Assembly (NCBI GenBank): GCA_010093745.1
Contig: MU005962.1
Location: forward strand, 62,001 to 126,000
Direction of reading: 5' to 3'
Length of the DNA: 64,000 nucleotides
DNA from: Piedraia hortae CBS 480.64
Taxonomy: Eukaryota
How positions within the stretch are numbered: position 1 is the first letter of the stretch; each line of letters begins with the position of its first letter. Below, piece after piece: positions 1-11,181 of this stretch. A program made the position numbers and the translations under genes. Under the pieces are notes generated by a model. That model had not been told where the DNA came from, searched no databases, and saw only the letters and a program-made list of their open reading frames with translations.

Positions 1-243
1 GGTGAGGTTGGTGTCAAATCCCGTCTGATTGGTTACCGGGATTGCGCAGATGTTCTGATTGGCTGGACGAATGGGACCTTGCATAACCGTCATGCCATAG
101 GTGGGGGTACCCACGTTGATCCCAAGCGAGGCGACTGAACTTTACAAAACGCCGATGCCATGGTCAGATGAAGGGTGTAGAGCTTTGAAAACACTAGTTA
201 TATCCCACAACTTGCAGGCATTCACCATTAATCGCTGTGCCGG

Positions 244-1929
244 CTACATATAATGCACCTTATCGTTTTTGCTCCATCTTCTGAACGTCTTGCCGTAAAA
301 ATAAAACACAAAGCCAAATAGACACCATAGAACCAGCAGGCACATGTTCGTCATGATGGGCGGGATATAGCCATGTTTCTCTAACCACGGGACAAGGAAC
401 TCGGAGAACCCATAGCCCCAAACATTTTTGTTCACAGTGACAGCAACCATGACTGAAGCTGCAACTGGCTTGTACGAGTCGACGCTGTATGTCGTGACAA
501 TGGCAGGCAGAGCGGTGACCTGGATGCCAACGCAGGTGTAGCCTACGACAACGATGATGGCCCAGTGCCACTTGTGCTCCATGCCAAATGCAACGATGAA
601 GTTGCTAAGAATCATGATGAGGACGTACGGGATCATGGTTGGCAACCGCATTTCCGGCTCACGAACGCCTGCAGAGGGTCAACCAACTGCCAATAATAAA
701 TATCGAGAGAAACTTACCGTTGTTCTTTCGCGTTGCGCGATCGCTAACCCAGTCTGACAACGGACCAGCTGTGATCAAACCAATCATGGCTCCGATCAGG
801 ATTGCAAAGTTCGTGAAGCCAATGGTCTGCGCGCTGAAATCATACGGAGGCGCAGCGAAATGGTGTGACTGGGTGAGATTGAGCGTTAAGAGCACGCTGG
901 CAGCCCATGAGCTCACAAAGGCAGCGAACTCGACGATGGGAAAGGCAAACATCTTCCACGGCGTCCAGAGTTCGATGCCGATTGCTTTTAATGGGTTCTC
1001 GCTGGGAGAGTATATGCCCCATTGCTTCTTTCCGGGATAGCCTTTGTTCAGAAAAGGATCTTGGTCTCGAGCTGCGGCATGGTCCGAGGTTTCAAAGTTC
1101 GCGTCGTTTTTCTCGGTTGCAGGGGTTTCATCAGGATGTGGGCGGTGCCATTTGGTCTCGGGAAACATGAAAATGACCATGAGAAGTGAAACTCCGATCA
1201 TAGCAGTGTTCAGCCACCAGAAATTTCTCCACCCAACGTGCAGCGAAACAGAACCAGAGAGAATTGGCCCAATCATGAGCGAGGATAGGTAGAAGGCCCA
1301 ATACATCGTCATCCAGAAACCTCGGTCATGCAGAAAGAACATATCCGAAATGACGGCGGGCTGGATACTCTCACCCGGTCCAGCTGCGATTCCGTTGAGA
1401 ACACAGGCTCCCATGAAGCTGCTGTAGTCCGTGGCCACGGCGCGCCAGATGGATGAGACGAAGCATAGGAGCTGGGAAAATATATAAACCGGTCGTCTTC
1501 CAAACGCCGTACTCAATGGTACCCATATGAAATTGGAGAAGCCCAGAACGAGTACAGCAACACCAGTGAACTTGATGACTTCTGCGAGGCTGGAGTGAAA
1601 GTCTTTCATGTACAAGGGAAACATTGGCGCCAGCGCCAACGGTCCCAGGCCTTGAGTAAAGGAAACCGTCGTGGCTGCTACAATACACATAATCTTCCAC
1701 TTGGGGCTCCAGTTACTTTCCCCAAATCAGCATCGCATATGCGAAACCAAAAGTTGACTCACAGAGGATCGTGCGCATCGTCGGACGGTTGCGGTACCAA
1801 AACATGGGAGCCGCGCTTGACAAAGTGAACGTCACCGACATCAGTCATGATTTCTGTGCCGGGCAGGATCTCAGCATGGAGCTCCTGCTCCATGCGGTGC
1901 AGCTTCTCGGCATCGTAGTTCATCTCCAT
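244..1929 (-). CDS. Major facilitator superfamily transporter (HOL1/DHA1-like), 3 exons
   Basis: ATG at 1929 gives MEMNYDAEK...VLVPQPSDDAHDPL. A GT..AG intron starting at 1762 leads into NWSPKWK. ORF 659-1690 carries the MFS motif FGRRPVY and many TM helices. Intron 717-669 joins NNG|VREPEMRL to the 244-651 ORF. Confidence 0.9.
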
Positions 1930-2059
1930 CTTGGCGCGAGGGAACAGAGAGCAACGGAACGAGAAGGGCGCGATAAGAAAGAACGTAGAAGACGAGGCTT
2001 TCAGCTACTAGCTGAAGCCTTATTTAGGCCGTATTCCCGGACGATGAATCCCTGGTCAT

Positions 2060-2083
2060 GGGGGGGAGGGGAGGGGGGGGGGG
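2060..2083. repeat. G-rich tract (G7AG4AG11) upstream of the MFS gene
   Basis: Directly visible, about 130-150 bp upstream of the MFS start codon. Confidence 0.9.
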
Positions 2084-2521
2084 TGTTCTCTTAGCGGGTG
2101 CATACTTTCCCGCCCCTGCAATACGAGAGCCCTGATTCGCTCTGCTATTTAACACCCCCGTCCGCGTATTGACGCCCACCCACGTTGCCCGCAAGGAAGA
2201 TCTGGAGGAAAGCCATGGGATTTTAGGCGGGGATCTACCAACCCCAGGTCCAAAGTTGAACGGCAGCACGCAATGGGCAGGTTGCACGCACACATGAAAC
2301 CAAACCGTCGGGATCTTCTCCAAACGGTTCTGAAAATAGTTTTGGAGCCTAATTGGCCGATCAGACGTGGGTACCCAATTCAAGCGAGATCGTCAGTATA
2401 GATAGAAGACGAATATTCAGCACATCTGGATTGTGGGTAGTCTTGCTGGTTGTACGCATTGAACCAAATCATACATATGTAAACTTCTAAAATGCAACAA
2501 TAAATCTATCCTTCTATCACT

Positions 2522-5026
2522 CTACACATTCCAGTCCTCCCGTACTGATTTAACGGGGTGCAGGAGCATCGGGGGCAGACACATGCGACCCTTTCGCTGG
2601 CCGTGAACTATCGGCCTTCCCTGACTACCGTCTCCGACCATAACACCCTCGTGGAACTGCTGCTCGGTTAACCCGTTCATGGGGCTGACGTCCCAATTAG
2701 ACCAGCCCAGCCAGCGACGGTAGAGCGCTTTCGGGAACTGTGACGCGTAGTACCACGACCAACCCATGAAGTTGTATTCGCGGTCGTGGTTGTAGGGGCT
2801 GTCTTCGCGCTGCGACCACTGGCCCGTAAGGTTGCCGTCGGCATTGAAGATGGCGTCCATGTACCAGCCGGGCCACTTGTGGTCGGTCCAGATGGGATGC
2901 GGCGCATACACGGCTTTGAGCCCGTGGTGGAGCGCGACAGATGCCGGCCACATCTCGGCCTGCATTGTGCGCCCGGCAAGATTCTCCAAATGCATGGCGT
3001 GCAGCTGTCGCTTGGAGAAGCGGCTGACGGTGTTGATGTAGATGCGGCGCGGAAGGTTGGCAAAGGCTGGATGGTAGAAATCGTCGTCGGTGGGTTCTTC
3101 GGCCGTGAATTCGGGCCGCACACCAGGCAAGAAGTTCCAAATTTTGTTGCGATAACTCCATCCGGTGTTGGTTGGGTCCCAGATGGGTTGCAGCGTGATC
3201 AAATCGGCTTCTTCGCCCACGCCCCACTCGAACTTATCTTCTTCCAACGTAGTGGGCGGCTCGGGTCCAATGGGCTGCTGCTGCGCTGGACCATACGGCT
3301 CCGGGCCCCAGACAGGAATAACGGTGCCTTCTGCAATGCCCTGCTCGATAATGGCGTCGGTCTCATTCAGCCATTCCTGATACGTGCCGTGGGCGGCGGG
3401 AAAGTAAAAGCGGTGGTTGCGCTCCCACGAATATTTTCGCGGAAAAGATTTGCTGAACTTGGCCATGCCCTCCAGAAACTGATAGTGGTTGCCCGTGTAG
3501 CGAGCATCCGTCTCCCAGTTCCAGATAAAGTCAAACTCGGGATGCGTCTTGCTGAACCACTGCAGCGGCATGAACTGGTTCCAGTAAACCTGCCAATCGC
3601 CAACACTTGGGTACCACTCCTCGCAAATCCTCTCGTTCCACAGCACGCTCATTGATTGCAGCTCGCGGGGCACATTGCGCCGCATGAGGTCGTCGTAAAC
3701 CTGCTGATTGTTGAAAATGTCGGCGTTCTTGTCTTTGATGTTGACGAAGAGGAAGACCTGATACTCGCCGCCCGACAGCAAATTCAAGTCCGTGACCATG
3801 GCGCGGATGGACTGCAAGTCGTTGTCCGTGTACTGGTAGCCCTCCCACGTGCGGATGAGGGCGGCGGTACGCGGCTGGTGCTGCGTCGTCGACATCGTGC
3901 GCAACTCCTCGTGCAGAGTGCGGTGATCCTGTGGCATCTCCTTGCCCGGCGCCATCACCGGCGGCTCTCGCGCAGCACGGCGGAAGCGGCCCCTGTTGGC
4001 CTCCAAACACCGGTCCTGCAGCTTTCCCCATTCGACGTTGTTGTAGTCGACGGTGGATGTTGGCGCATTAGCAGTCGCTTGCTCCGCGCCCTGACCCAAT
4101 CCATAAGGCCCGTAGCGGTCGAATCGGTCAAAGCAGCGGTTCAGATCGATGCCTGTAACGTTCGCGTCGCCGATGGCCGGCGCTGGAAAGTTGTGCGGCA
4201 GAGCGGAAAAAGCGCGGGCGATCTCGTCGTTGCTCTCGTTAAAGCGCTTTCCGGTTGCGCCCTCGCACGCAACGTACTCGCCTGCCCACTGCTTCTTCCA
4301 TTCAGGCGAATTGTAATCCGGGTACGGTAGAAAGGGCGCGGCGACAACGTGTTGCTCATCCTTTAGCTGGTCAATGCCAGTCGACAGGAAAAAGTCGTAG
4401 TCCCAGTCGAAGCCTTCCCACCGGTTTGGATCGTAATCGAGGTTCGCGTAAGGCTCGTACGGCGGCCAGTGATTTTGTCCCACGGGCGGATGCCAATCCC
4501 GGAGCAATTCTTGGATTTTGTGGTATGTCTCCTGCCGCAACTCTGGAGTGACAGGTGACGTGCTGATGTGGCCCGCAGCCGACGTCGTGCTCGAGCGGGA
4601 GGATGTGGAGCTGCTGGAGCTGGAGCTGAAGCTGAAGCTGAAGCTGCTGCTACTTTGACTGCCTGTCTCCGGGCTGTGTGCGGACAAACTACTTGACAGA
4701 CTACTGCTGGACGGTGAATGCGTGGCCGGCCTCGCGACTTCACCCGTCCACCGCTCAGGAGAGACTGACGGTGACGACGACGACGACGCCGACGGCAGTG
4801 ACGATAGCGACGACGGAGACGGCTCAGGGCTCACCTCTTCATCCCACAGCTGTCCATGGCTTCCATACGGACTGGATGACGGCGCGACCTCTACGCGCTC
4901 GCCCGGCCTGTACTTTGTTGGCACGTACTCGTGGTATGACGAAGAGGGAAGGAGCAGCACGGCGACGATGCAGAAAACGATTGCAATGACGGCCACACGT
5001 CGAGGTTTGAGGTTAGAAGCCAGCAT
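2522..5026 (-). CDS. DUF3405-family type II membrane protein (834 aa)
   Basis: Intronless ORF with an N-terminal signal-anchor (RRVAVIAIVFCIVAVLLL) and a Ser-rich stem. Family motifs: RTAALIRTWEGYQYT, LLSGGEYQVFLFV, HPEFDFIWNWETDARYTG, EMWPASVALHHGLKAVYAPHP, MCLPPMLLHPVK. Confidence 0.85.
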   Translation of the reverse strand: MLASNLKPRRVAVIAIVFCIVAVLLLPSSSYHEYVPTKYRPGERVEVAPSSSPYGSHGQLWDEEVSPEPSPSSLSSLPSASSSSSPSVSPERWTGEVARPATHSPSSSSLSSSLSAHSPETGSQSSSSFSFSFSSSSSSSTSSRSSTTSAAGHISTSPVTPELRQETYHKIQELLRDWHPPVGQNHWPPYEPYANLDYDPNRWEGFDWDYDFFLSTGIDQLKDEQHVVAAPFLPYPDYNSPEWKKQWAGEYVACEGATGKRFNESNDEIARAFSALPHNFPAPAIGDANVTGIDLNRCFDRFDRYGPYGLGQGAEQATANAPTSTVDYNNVEWGKLQDRCLEANRGRFRRAAREPPVMAPGKEMPQDHRTLHEELRTMSTTQHQPRTAALIRTWEGYQYTDNDLQSIRAMVTDLNLLSGGEYQVFLFVNIKDKNADIFNNQQVYDDLMRRNVPRELQSMSVLWNERICEEWYPSVGDWQVYWNQFMPLQWFSKTHPEFDFIWNWETDARYTGNHYQFLEGMAKFSKSFPRKYSWERNHRFYFPAAHGTYQEWLNETDAIIEQGIAEGTVIPVWGPEPYGPAQQQPIGPEPPTTLEEDKFEWGVGEEADLITLQPIWDPTNTGWSYRNKIWNFLPGVRPEFTAEEPTDDDFYHPAFANLPRRIYINTVSRFSKRQLHAMHLENLAGRTMQAEMWPASVALHHGLKAVYAPHPIWTDHKWPGWYMDAIFNADGNLTGQWSQREDSPYNHDREYNFMGWSWYYASQFPKALYRRWLGWSNWDVSPMNGLTEQQFHEGVMVGDGSQGRPIVHGQRKGRMCLPPMLLHPVKSVREDWNV

Positions 5027-5273
5027 GTCTGTGCAATGCCATGCCCACCCCTCAGCGGAGGACTCTCTATTAGTTCTTGGCCGTCGCGCCAGGGGAAGCG
5101 GAACCTTACCGCGGCGTCACGGGCCTAGATGTTTCATGCTCCCGCCGTTTCGCCTTGCACACTCTGTCCCGTTTGGCACATTTTTTTTCCGTTTGGTTTC
5201 TGGCCGTGTTCGGTCAAATGTGTCACACATCCTTCGCTGATATTCCGGGGCTTGTGTAACCTCGTGGCCGAAT

Positions 5274-5298
5274 GGGGGGGGGGGGGGGGGGGGGGGGG
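5274..5298. repeat. Poly-G tract (about 25 nt) in the divergent DUF3405/acyltransferase intergenic region
   Basis: Directly visible homopolymer. Confidence 0.95.
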
Positions 5299-6180
5299 CT
5301 ACAACGCCTTGCCAGCCTGTCAAACATTTCCACAGGCTATCATACCACCGCTGTACGAGCTCTTCTTATATTAGCCATTGTAGGCGAGAAGGCACTCGCT
5401 TTGTCATAGGACACTTTTCTTGGAATACAGCGTACAAGATTCTTACGGCTTTCCTGTCAGGCACTCAGATTGCAGTGTGATGCCCTAGCTAAAGACTTCC
5501 TTGTCGTGTCCTAACTCTTGTCCAATTTCGCGCATCCCCTTCAAGCGGCGATTCTCTTCCCTAGCGTCTTGTAACCGCTTCCCATTAAAAGCGGTAAGCT
5601 CTTGCGGAGCAGTCAAGTAAACGATGATGTTAGGCCGGGGATCCGCGCTGCTGGAACTATCATGTTGTGAGTTGGGTTCGATCTGGGCCCCAGGTTTGGA
5701 TCTTTGTGGGGCATGTCATAGGATGTGGACCTTGTCACAAGCCCTGGTCAAGCCTTCCTGTACAAGAAAGCGGGCATCCCGCGGAACGCGTAAGCGTCCT
5801 GTCACACTCAACAAGTTTCACCTTCTTATCGCCCTGTCAGTTTCACATTTAGTTCGTGTTTGGGGAAAGTTACACAGTTGCTTTGCGTGTGTCAACGGTC
5901 TTTTAGTGTAGTTTTGGCTTGGTCTTGTCGGCATCATACATCCTATCTACCGTTGTTTAATGCCATCGTCATGTCGCTTGACATGGCCGTAGGGCATCTC
6001 ACAGAAACATCACGCTTCCCAAAGCCTTTCATGAGTCAACGTTATCATCACATGTCGCGTGAATCATGACAGAGCCGCGGGAAACCCTTACACGCTAAGT
6101 TGCGGCCCGAGCCTGGGTGTGGCAGGTGGCAGGTGGCAGGTGGATCCCACATTCAGTTCCCAGGTAATGAGGTAGTGAGT

Positions 6181-7771
6181 ATGCCAAAGGATCAGGAGCC
6201 TAGCGACGTGCGCGCCGAAGCGCTTACTCTGCTGGATGAGAAAGCCAGTACACGCGAGATCAGCAGGCCATCCTTTAGGAAGCTCGTCTCCTTTCTGGCC
6301 GACCTGTTCACCCCCGACATCTTTCGGGGACGCAGACCGAGTTCAACCCGTCTGGGTGCAACGGCATGGCTGGATGGCCTGCGTGGATGGGCGGCCTTGA
6401 CCGTCTGTCTGGTTCACATGACCGTCTACACTCACTTGGGAATGGAGCTCTGCTATGGAGCAAAGCTGCCACAGGAGGAAATGGGACGTAACATCAGTCC
6501 CATCGCACTGCCAATTATCAGACTGCCCTTCCTCGGTGGTCACTTTGCCGTCATGCTTTTCTTCACAATCTCCGGTTTTGTAGTGCCCAGGCGGTTGCTA
6601 CAGTTGCTACATGAAGGACGGCAGCATGAATACCTGGTCGGCACTCGCTCGGCCTTGATCCGTCGCCCAATACGTCTTTATATCCCGGTCCTCATGAGCA
6701 CTTTTCTCGTCTTTTGCGTCTGGCACATCTTGGGCATAACCGTGGCCTTTCCACCGACCAAAAGCAACATCTTTGCCGAATTCTGGAATTGGCTTAATGA
6801 AACGCTGCTGTTCATGTACTTTTTCCGCCAAGGATTTCTCTTTACGCCATACAACGGCCACACCTGGACCATCCCCGTCGAGTTGCGCGGATCGCTCTTC
6901 ATAGTCATCTGGCTCTACGCATTTCACACGATTCACATCAAGCGCAGGATCCTTGCGACCATTGTCATGTGCATATACCTTAACACCTGTGCGCCAGGCG
7001 GTTGGTACGCGAGCTTCTTTGCTGGCATGATCCTAAGCGAAATGGATCTGCTGGCCGCGCAAGCCAGCACGCAGCGTGTCAGCTTCTTTTGGGACGGCTT
7101 TCTCAACTGGATTAAACGAAGGAAGTTGATGAAGGCGCTTTACCTCCACACTCTATTGCTGATATCGCTATACCTTGCCAGCGAGCCATCGAGCGACTGG
7201 GACAAGAAAGAAGATGTTTTCACCAACTGCTACGGATGGGAGACTCTAGGCCGCATGATTCCCTGGAACCAAACTGACGGCAACGCCAATTTCCGGTGGT
7301 TCTGGCTCTTTTGGGCGTCGTGGATTTTTCTCTACGTCGTCAAAGAACTGCGCTGGTTCCGCTGGGCGTTAGAGACCCGTTTTTCGCAATGTAAGTTTCC
7401 ATCACCTCATGCCAAGCCAATGTAACTGACCTCGTAACCCAGATCTCGGCCGGATATCGTTCGCGCTGTACCTCGTTCACGGCCCAATGATCGGCATGCT
7501 CGGCGAACGATTGTTCTACCTCACTGCGGTCAAGAAGCCTTTGAATGAGGAACAAGAGGCGCAGTGGGGTGGCTACTATGACAAGTGGCACGGCGCCAGC
7601 TGGTGGTTCCTCAACGACGGCGGCCACATGGGTCTGGAACCGAATTTTCTTTTCTGTGTCGCCCTATGCTTCCCCTGCTTTCTTTACGCTGCCGAAGTTG
7701 GCACCAGGCTCTTTGACGAGCCCAGCGTCAAGGCCTCCAGGTGGGTCTGGGAAAGGATAAAAGGGGAGTAG
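6181..7771 (+). CDS. Acyltransferase family 3 (OafA/OpgC-like; fungal hard-surface-induced protein 3-like), 2 exons
   Basis: Motifs AWLDGLRGWAA, FAVMLFFTISGFV, RRPIRLYIP and HTWTIPVELRGS. Intron 7391-7442 (GTAAGT..CTGAC..CAG) joins SQ|YLGRISFALYLVHGP. Confidence 0.9.
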
Positions 7772-8214
7772 TATTGATGTACTATACGAAATGTGTGAAT
7801 ATATGTATCTGTGTTGGATAGGAAAGAGCCAGGGGCGTCTCAGTGAGGAGCGCTCGGTTCAGCCGTTTTGAGTTTTTGGGCAGAACCTTGTGCATTACTT
7901 TCTAAATAGGCATATATGATACTGCAAAGGGTTTACTGGACCTCGTCACAAATTCCCTTTAAGGTTGTAAAAACAACACAAGATATTCAGCATGGCAAGA
8001 CCATAGGCCCATCTTTCCAACCGCCACTCACTAGGCAGTGAAGACACTTCCCCATTCCGGTTAGTGGTTGGGCTGTGCGGTTGCTCCCGCACTAAGCGAC
8101 TTGGCGCGGTGTATTTTGCGTGCACTTTTACTTCAGTCTGACAAACAACCACAACTGTTGTACCTCATAAGGCCATAATCGTACTACGATTACGATTGGA
8201 GTACTACTCCAATC

Positions 8215-9345
8215 ATGGCTCCTCTAGGACCTTACTCGTCCCACATGTATGCTCGCGAACAAAAGACAAACCGCACGAAAATACAAGAAGGCCTGAAGGA
8301 TTCGTGTGAGCACGCATTCAGGTCAAATCCAATAAATTACACCCATGCGACTGCGATAATGATCCCCTTCGACAATGACGACCTAGGCGTTGCATCCTTG
8401 GAGAACGAGCGGGCAAGCACTCTAAGATTGCAGCTCGACTGCCAAGTGTGACCCGTCACGCTTCCATCGTCTGGGAAGGCATATGACCCGATGTTCAACA
8501 TGATGGGCATTACCAAGAGACTTAGCGCAGCTGGATCCTCCGACAAGGGATACCTCGTCATCCTTGCGTATTCCGGTCACAGTGGACTTGTGAGAGAAAC
8601 ACTCCACGTTGGGTAAGTTAAACGGTACCACCACATAAATCGATCTCTTGATAATCGATTTAGTGGCGCTATCGACCCCAAGACAGTTAACTTTGACGGC
8701 CACACGCTCAGCTGGCATGACATGACATGACATGACCGAACTGCGAGCCGACGAAGGATGCGATCAGATCCATATTTAAGATTGCTGCTACGCCGAAGAT
8801 GCGGCAACGCCCAACGTCGAAGTCCTGGCGACGAAGTCGGCCACAAAGTTTGCCAGCGGCGCACTTGAAACATGCTTCACCAGGGCCCTCATATCTAGAG
8901 CTTGGAAAGATCAGCGGGCTCACTACTTTTGCCTCACTTCATGCCAGTTTGGTATCAAACCGCCAACAACCTGACTTTCCATACTTGCCGGTCTTTGTGG
9001 GACGGCATGAACGCCCACCAATCGCCCTACAGAAGGCCGATCGATCAGGCCCAATCGCTTTCTACCGCAGAGGGCCTGACACACCGCGCATCCTCCTCAC
9101 GTATCACTTTCAAGGACAACGCTTTGACACGAACGATTTCGTCGCGTTCAAGCCGTGGATACTCGAGAATGTCTCAATCACAATCACGGTCATTGAAGTG
9201 GAGGGGGAATCTTAATGCAACTGTTACATTTTTCGATGTTGGTGGGGGTCTGGGTCTACCTTCCAAAGACTACAGCCCTCGACGTCGTGGCACAAGGGAG
9301 CTCAGGAATGAGCTGCTAGAGGAGGCCCAGGGGCTAAGCAGCTGA
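8215..9345 (+). pseudogene. Pseudogene of a fungal caspase-like (Peptidase_C14-related) protease
   Basis: Reconstructed frame: NYTHATAIMIPFDNDDLGV...YLVILAYSGH (His at 8578-8580), intron 8613-8663, then ...DQIHI*DCCYA (Cys at 8783-8788)...EVLA...FTRALI-EL...LHASL...PRILL...WIL...VEG...VWVYLP. Lesions: TGA 8449-8451, TAA 8777-8779, a (CATGA)4 frameshift and further frameshifts. Confidence 0.75.
8716..8735. repeat. (CATGA)4 pentanucleotide microsatellite inside the caspase-like pseudogene
   Basis: Directly visible. Removing two units restores the frame to the DCC motif. Confidence 0.9.
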
Positions 9346-10178
9346 CCCCAGGGGAAGAGGGGGAGGGGGGGAAGGTAGCGGGGACGAAAAGGTCGTAGAT
9401 CACGGATTGCTCCTTGGGGGTAGTTTGGTCTATGACTTTATTCCCTAGCACTTTGCGTTCTTGAGGCAGTATTCAATGGGCGTTTTGAGACCCCTGTGAC
9501 GCGGGCTGGGAGTTAGTGCGCATGCGTGCTGAGGAGCTTCGTCGTGGCTCTGAGATGGGTTTTGGTTTCTGTTGCTCCTTGAACAAGGGCCGGTCTGGGT
9601 TTAGATAGAGTCCTCCCGGGCACATCGATGATGGCATGAAGTCTCGTTGCTATCAGTGTACGATGCCACTGCGCGACACCTCTTACACAAACAGCTGCAC
9701 CCTAGGTTTTGTCCTTACAGAGGTTTCCCTCAGGGTCATGTCGCATGCGACATGGTGAATGCGCCCTGCTACTGTTTGAGGTGAGTCATGGAGTAAGACT
9801 GCATGCTGACAGTCTTACTGCATGTATAACCGCTTGCTTACGGTCAAACGATTGATGACTCTTCATACGAGGCTACGCACGGGCCTTCCAGCCCAGAATA
9901 TATTCTCTGATGTTCCCTCGAAGACATACTTGTATTCACTCATAAACACATCTCTACTCTCCATCAATCGTTCTCACTCGTACATACTATCTGTCTTCTT
10001 AATCGATAGAGGTCTGATGATCTCGTCTTCTTGTCTGTTTCACCGCCACACGTTCCCTCTATATCTCGAGCTCGTTGTGTAGCTCTATACCCCTGTGTCC
10101 TCTTCTTCATCACGATAGTCGAACAGCGACGAGCTTTTACTGTAGGTGTTTTTGTGGCAAAGAGCGATACCTGTCTAG

Positions 10179-10244
10179 GGAGATGAAACTGGTGGGTAGG
10201 TAGATAGCCACGAGGATGGTGAGACTCTTGATGGACCGGTCTTG
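10179..10244 (-). pseudogene. Remnant of a CorA-like C-terminal transmembrane domain gene; surrounding 9.9-10.8 kb probably belongs to the same decayed gene
   Basis: Minus-strand frame reads QDRSIKSLTILVAIYLPTSFIS, matching the SxKxLTxLxxIYLPxSF pattern of fungal CorA-like TM helices. It is flanked by multiple stop codons. Confidence 0.45.
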
Positions 10245-11181
10245 TCATGTTCGGAAAATCATCGACGAGAGACGCAATGAGATCTTATAGCATTTTTCAC
10301 ATCATGAAAAGGGTTGGCAAATTTCCTAAGCTGTAGTGAGAATACGGGATACAGATCCACCAAAGTTAAAACCCCCTGAGCTAAGTCAGGCGGGATGTTG
10401 AATTTTTTTTTAATGGTTGTGAAAGCAGCGAGGTAGTTCAACCTCGCTACTTCAGGGGCTGTAGGGACGCTCAATTCGAAGAAGCTCTACACCAGATTGT
10501 TTTAACGGAGGCTTGGCGTCATGCAGTTTGTTGAATCAAGAGCCTCGCGCTTCATAAATCTAACCTAAATTTGAACTCCGGACTTTGGTGCTAAGGTTGA
10601 TGAAGCCGAATCTGGCTTCGCTCAAGATTTAAAGAATTATTCAGTGTTAAAGGCGACCCTTGGATATACACCCTTGCAGTTTATGGTTCATTCGGGTGAT
10701 TCTTTGGCTCCTTGGGCAACGGATGGAAATTTTAAATCTGGTTTCGCTTAGACCCTGTTTGATATGAATAGATTGACGAAGAAGAAAATCCAATGGGCAC
10801 CAAGCCCAGCCATTCTGTGTTCTCTACGATGAATGTTGGCGAAGATAAGGAATGAAAGGAGGATCTCAAGGCCCATATCTCGCCAGGTTTAAAGAGCGAA
10901 GGGCTTCGAACAGAGGAAAAAGAAGGAGGCTGTGCACAAGTCGAATGAAAGGTGGAAAAGAGAGGATACGTGCAGAGATCCTTAGCCTGGCAGGACAGTG
11001 GATTTCGAGGTAAGGCACATACCTACATCATGTTGCAAAACCTGAGATTTTTTTTTTTTTCAAAATACCGGAGAAACATTTCACAACATCAATGATCATA
11101 GTATTTCGCTTTACTAGTCAGGCTACTTGCACCATACCGGAGGCTTTTTAAGTTATCATACTGGGACTGTTTATAGTAAAG

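Noticed and set aside
2677..5240. Many overlapping alternative-frame and antisense ORFs over the DUF3405 gene (also over POL3, SPB1, GH31 and DNF3)
   Set aside because: These are expected shadows of GC-rich codon usage and show no independent protein motifs.
8026..8092. Possible solitary copy of the array motif (TCACT/AGTGA stem, GACACTTCC, two further stems)
   Set aside because: The layout is suggestive, but only a 9-mer is shared. The same 9-mer occurs near 27819 without the structure, so chance cannot be excluded without a covariance-model search.
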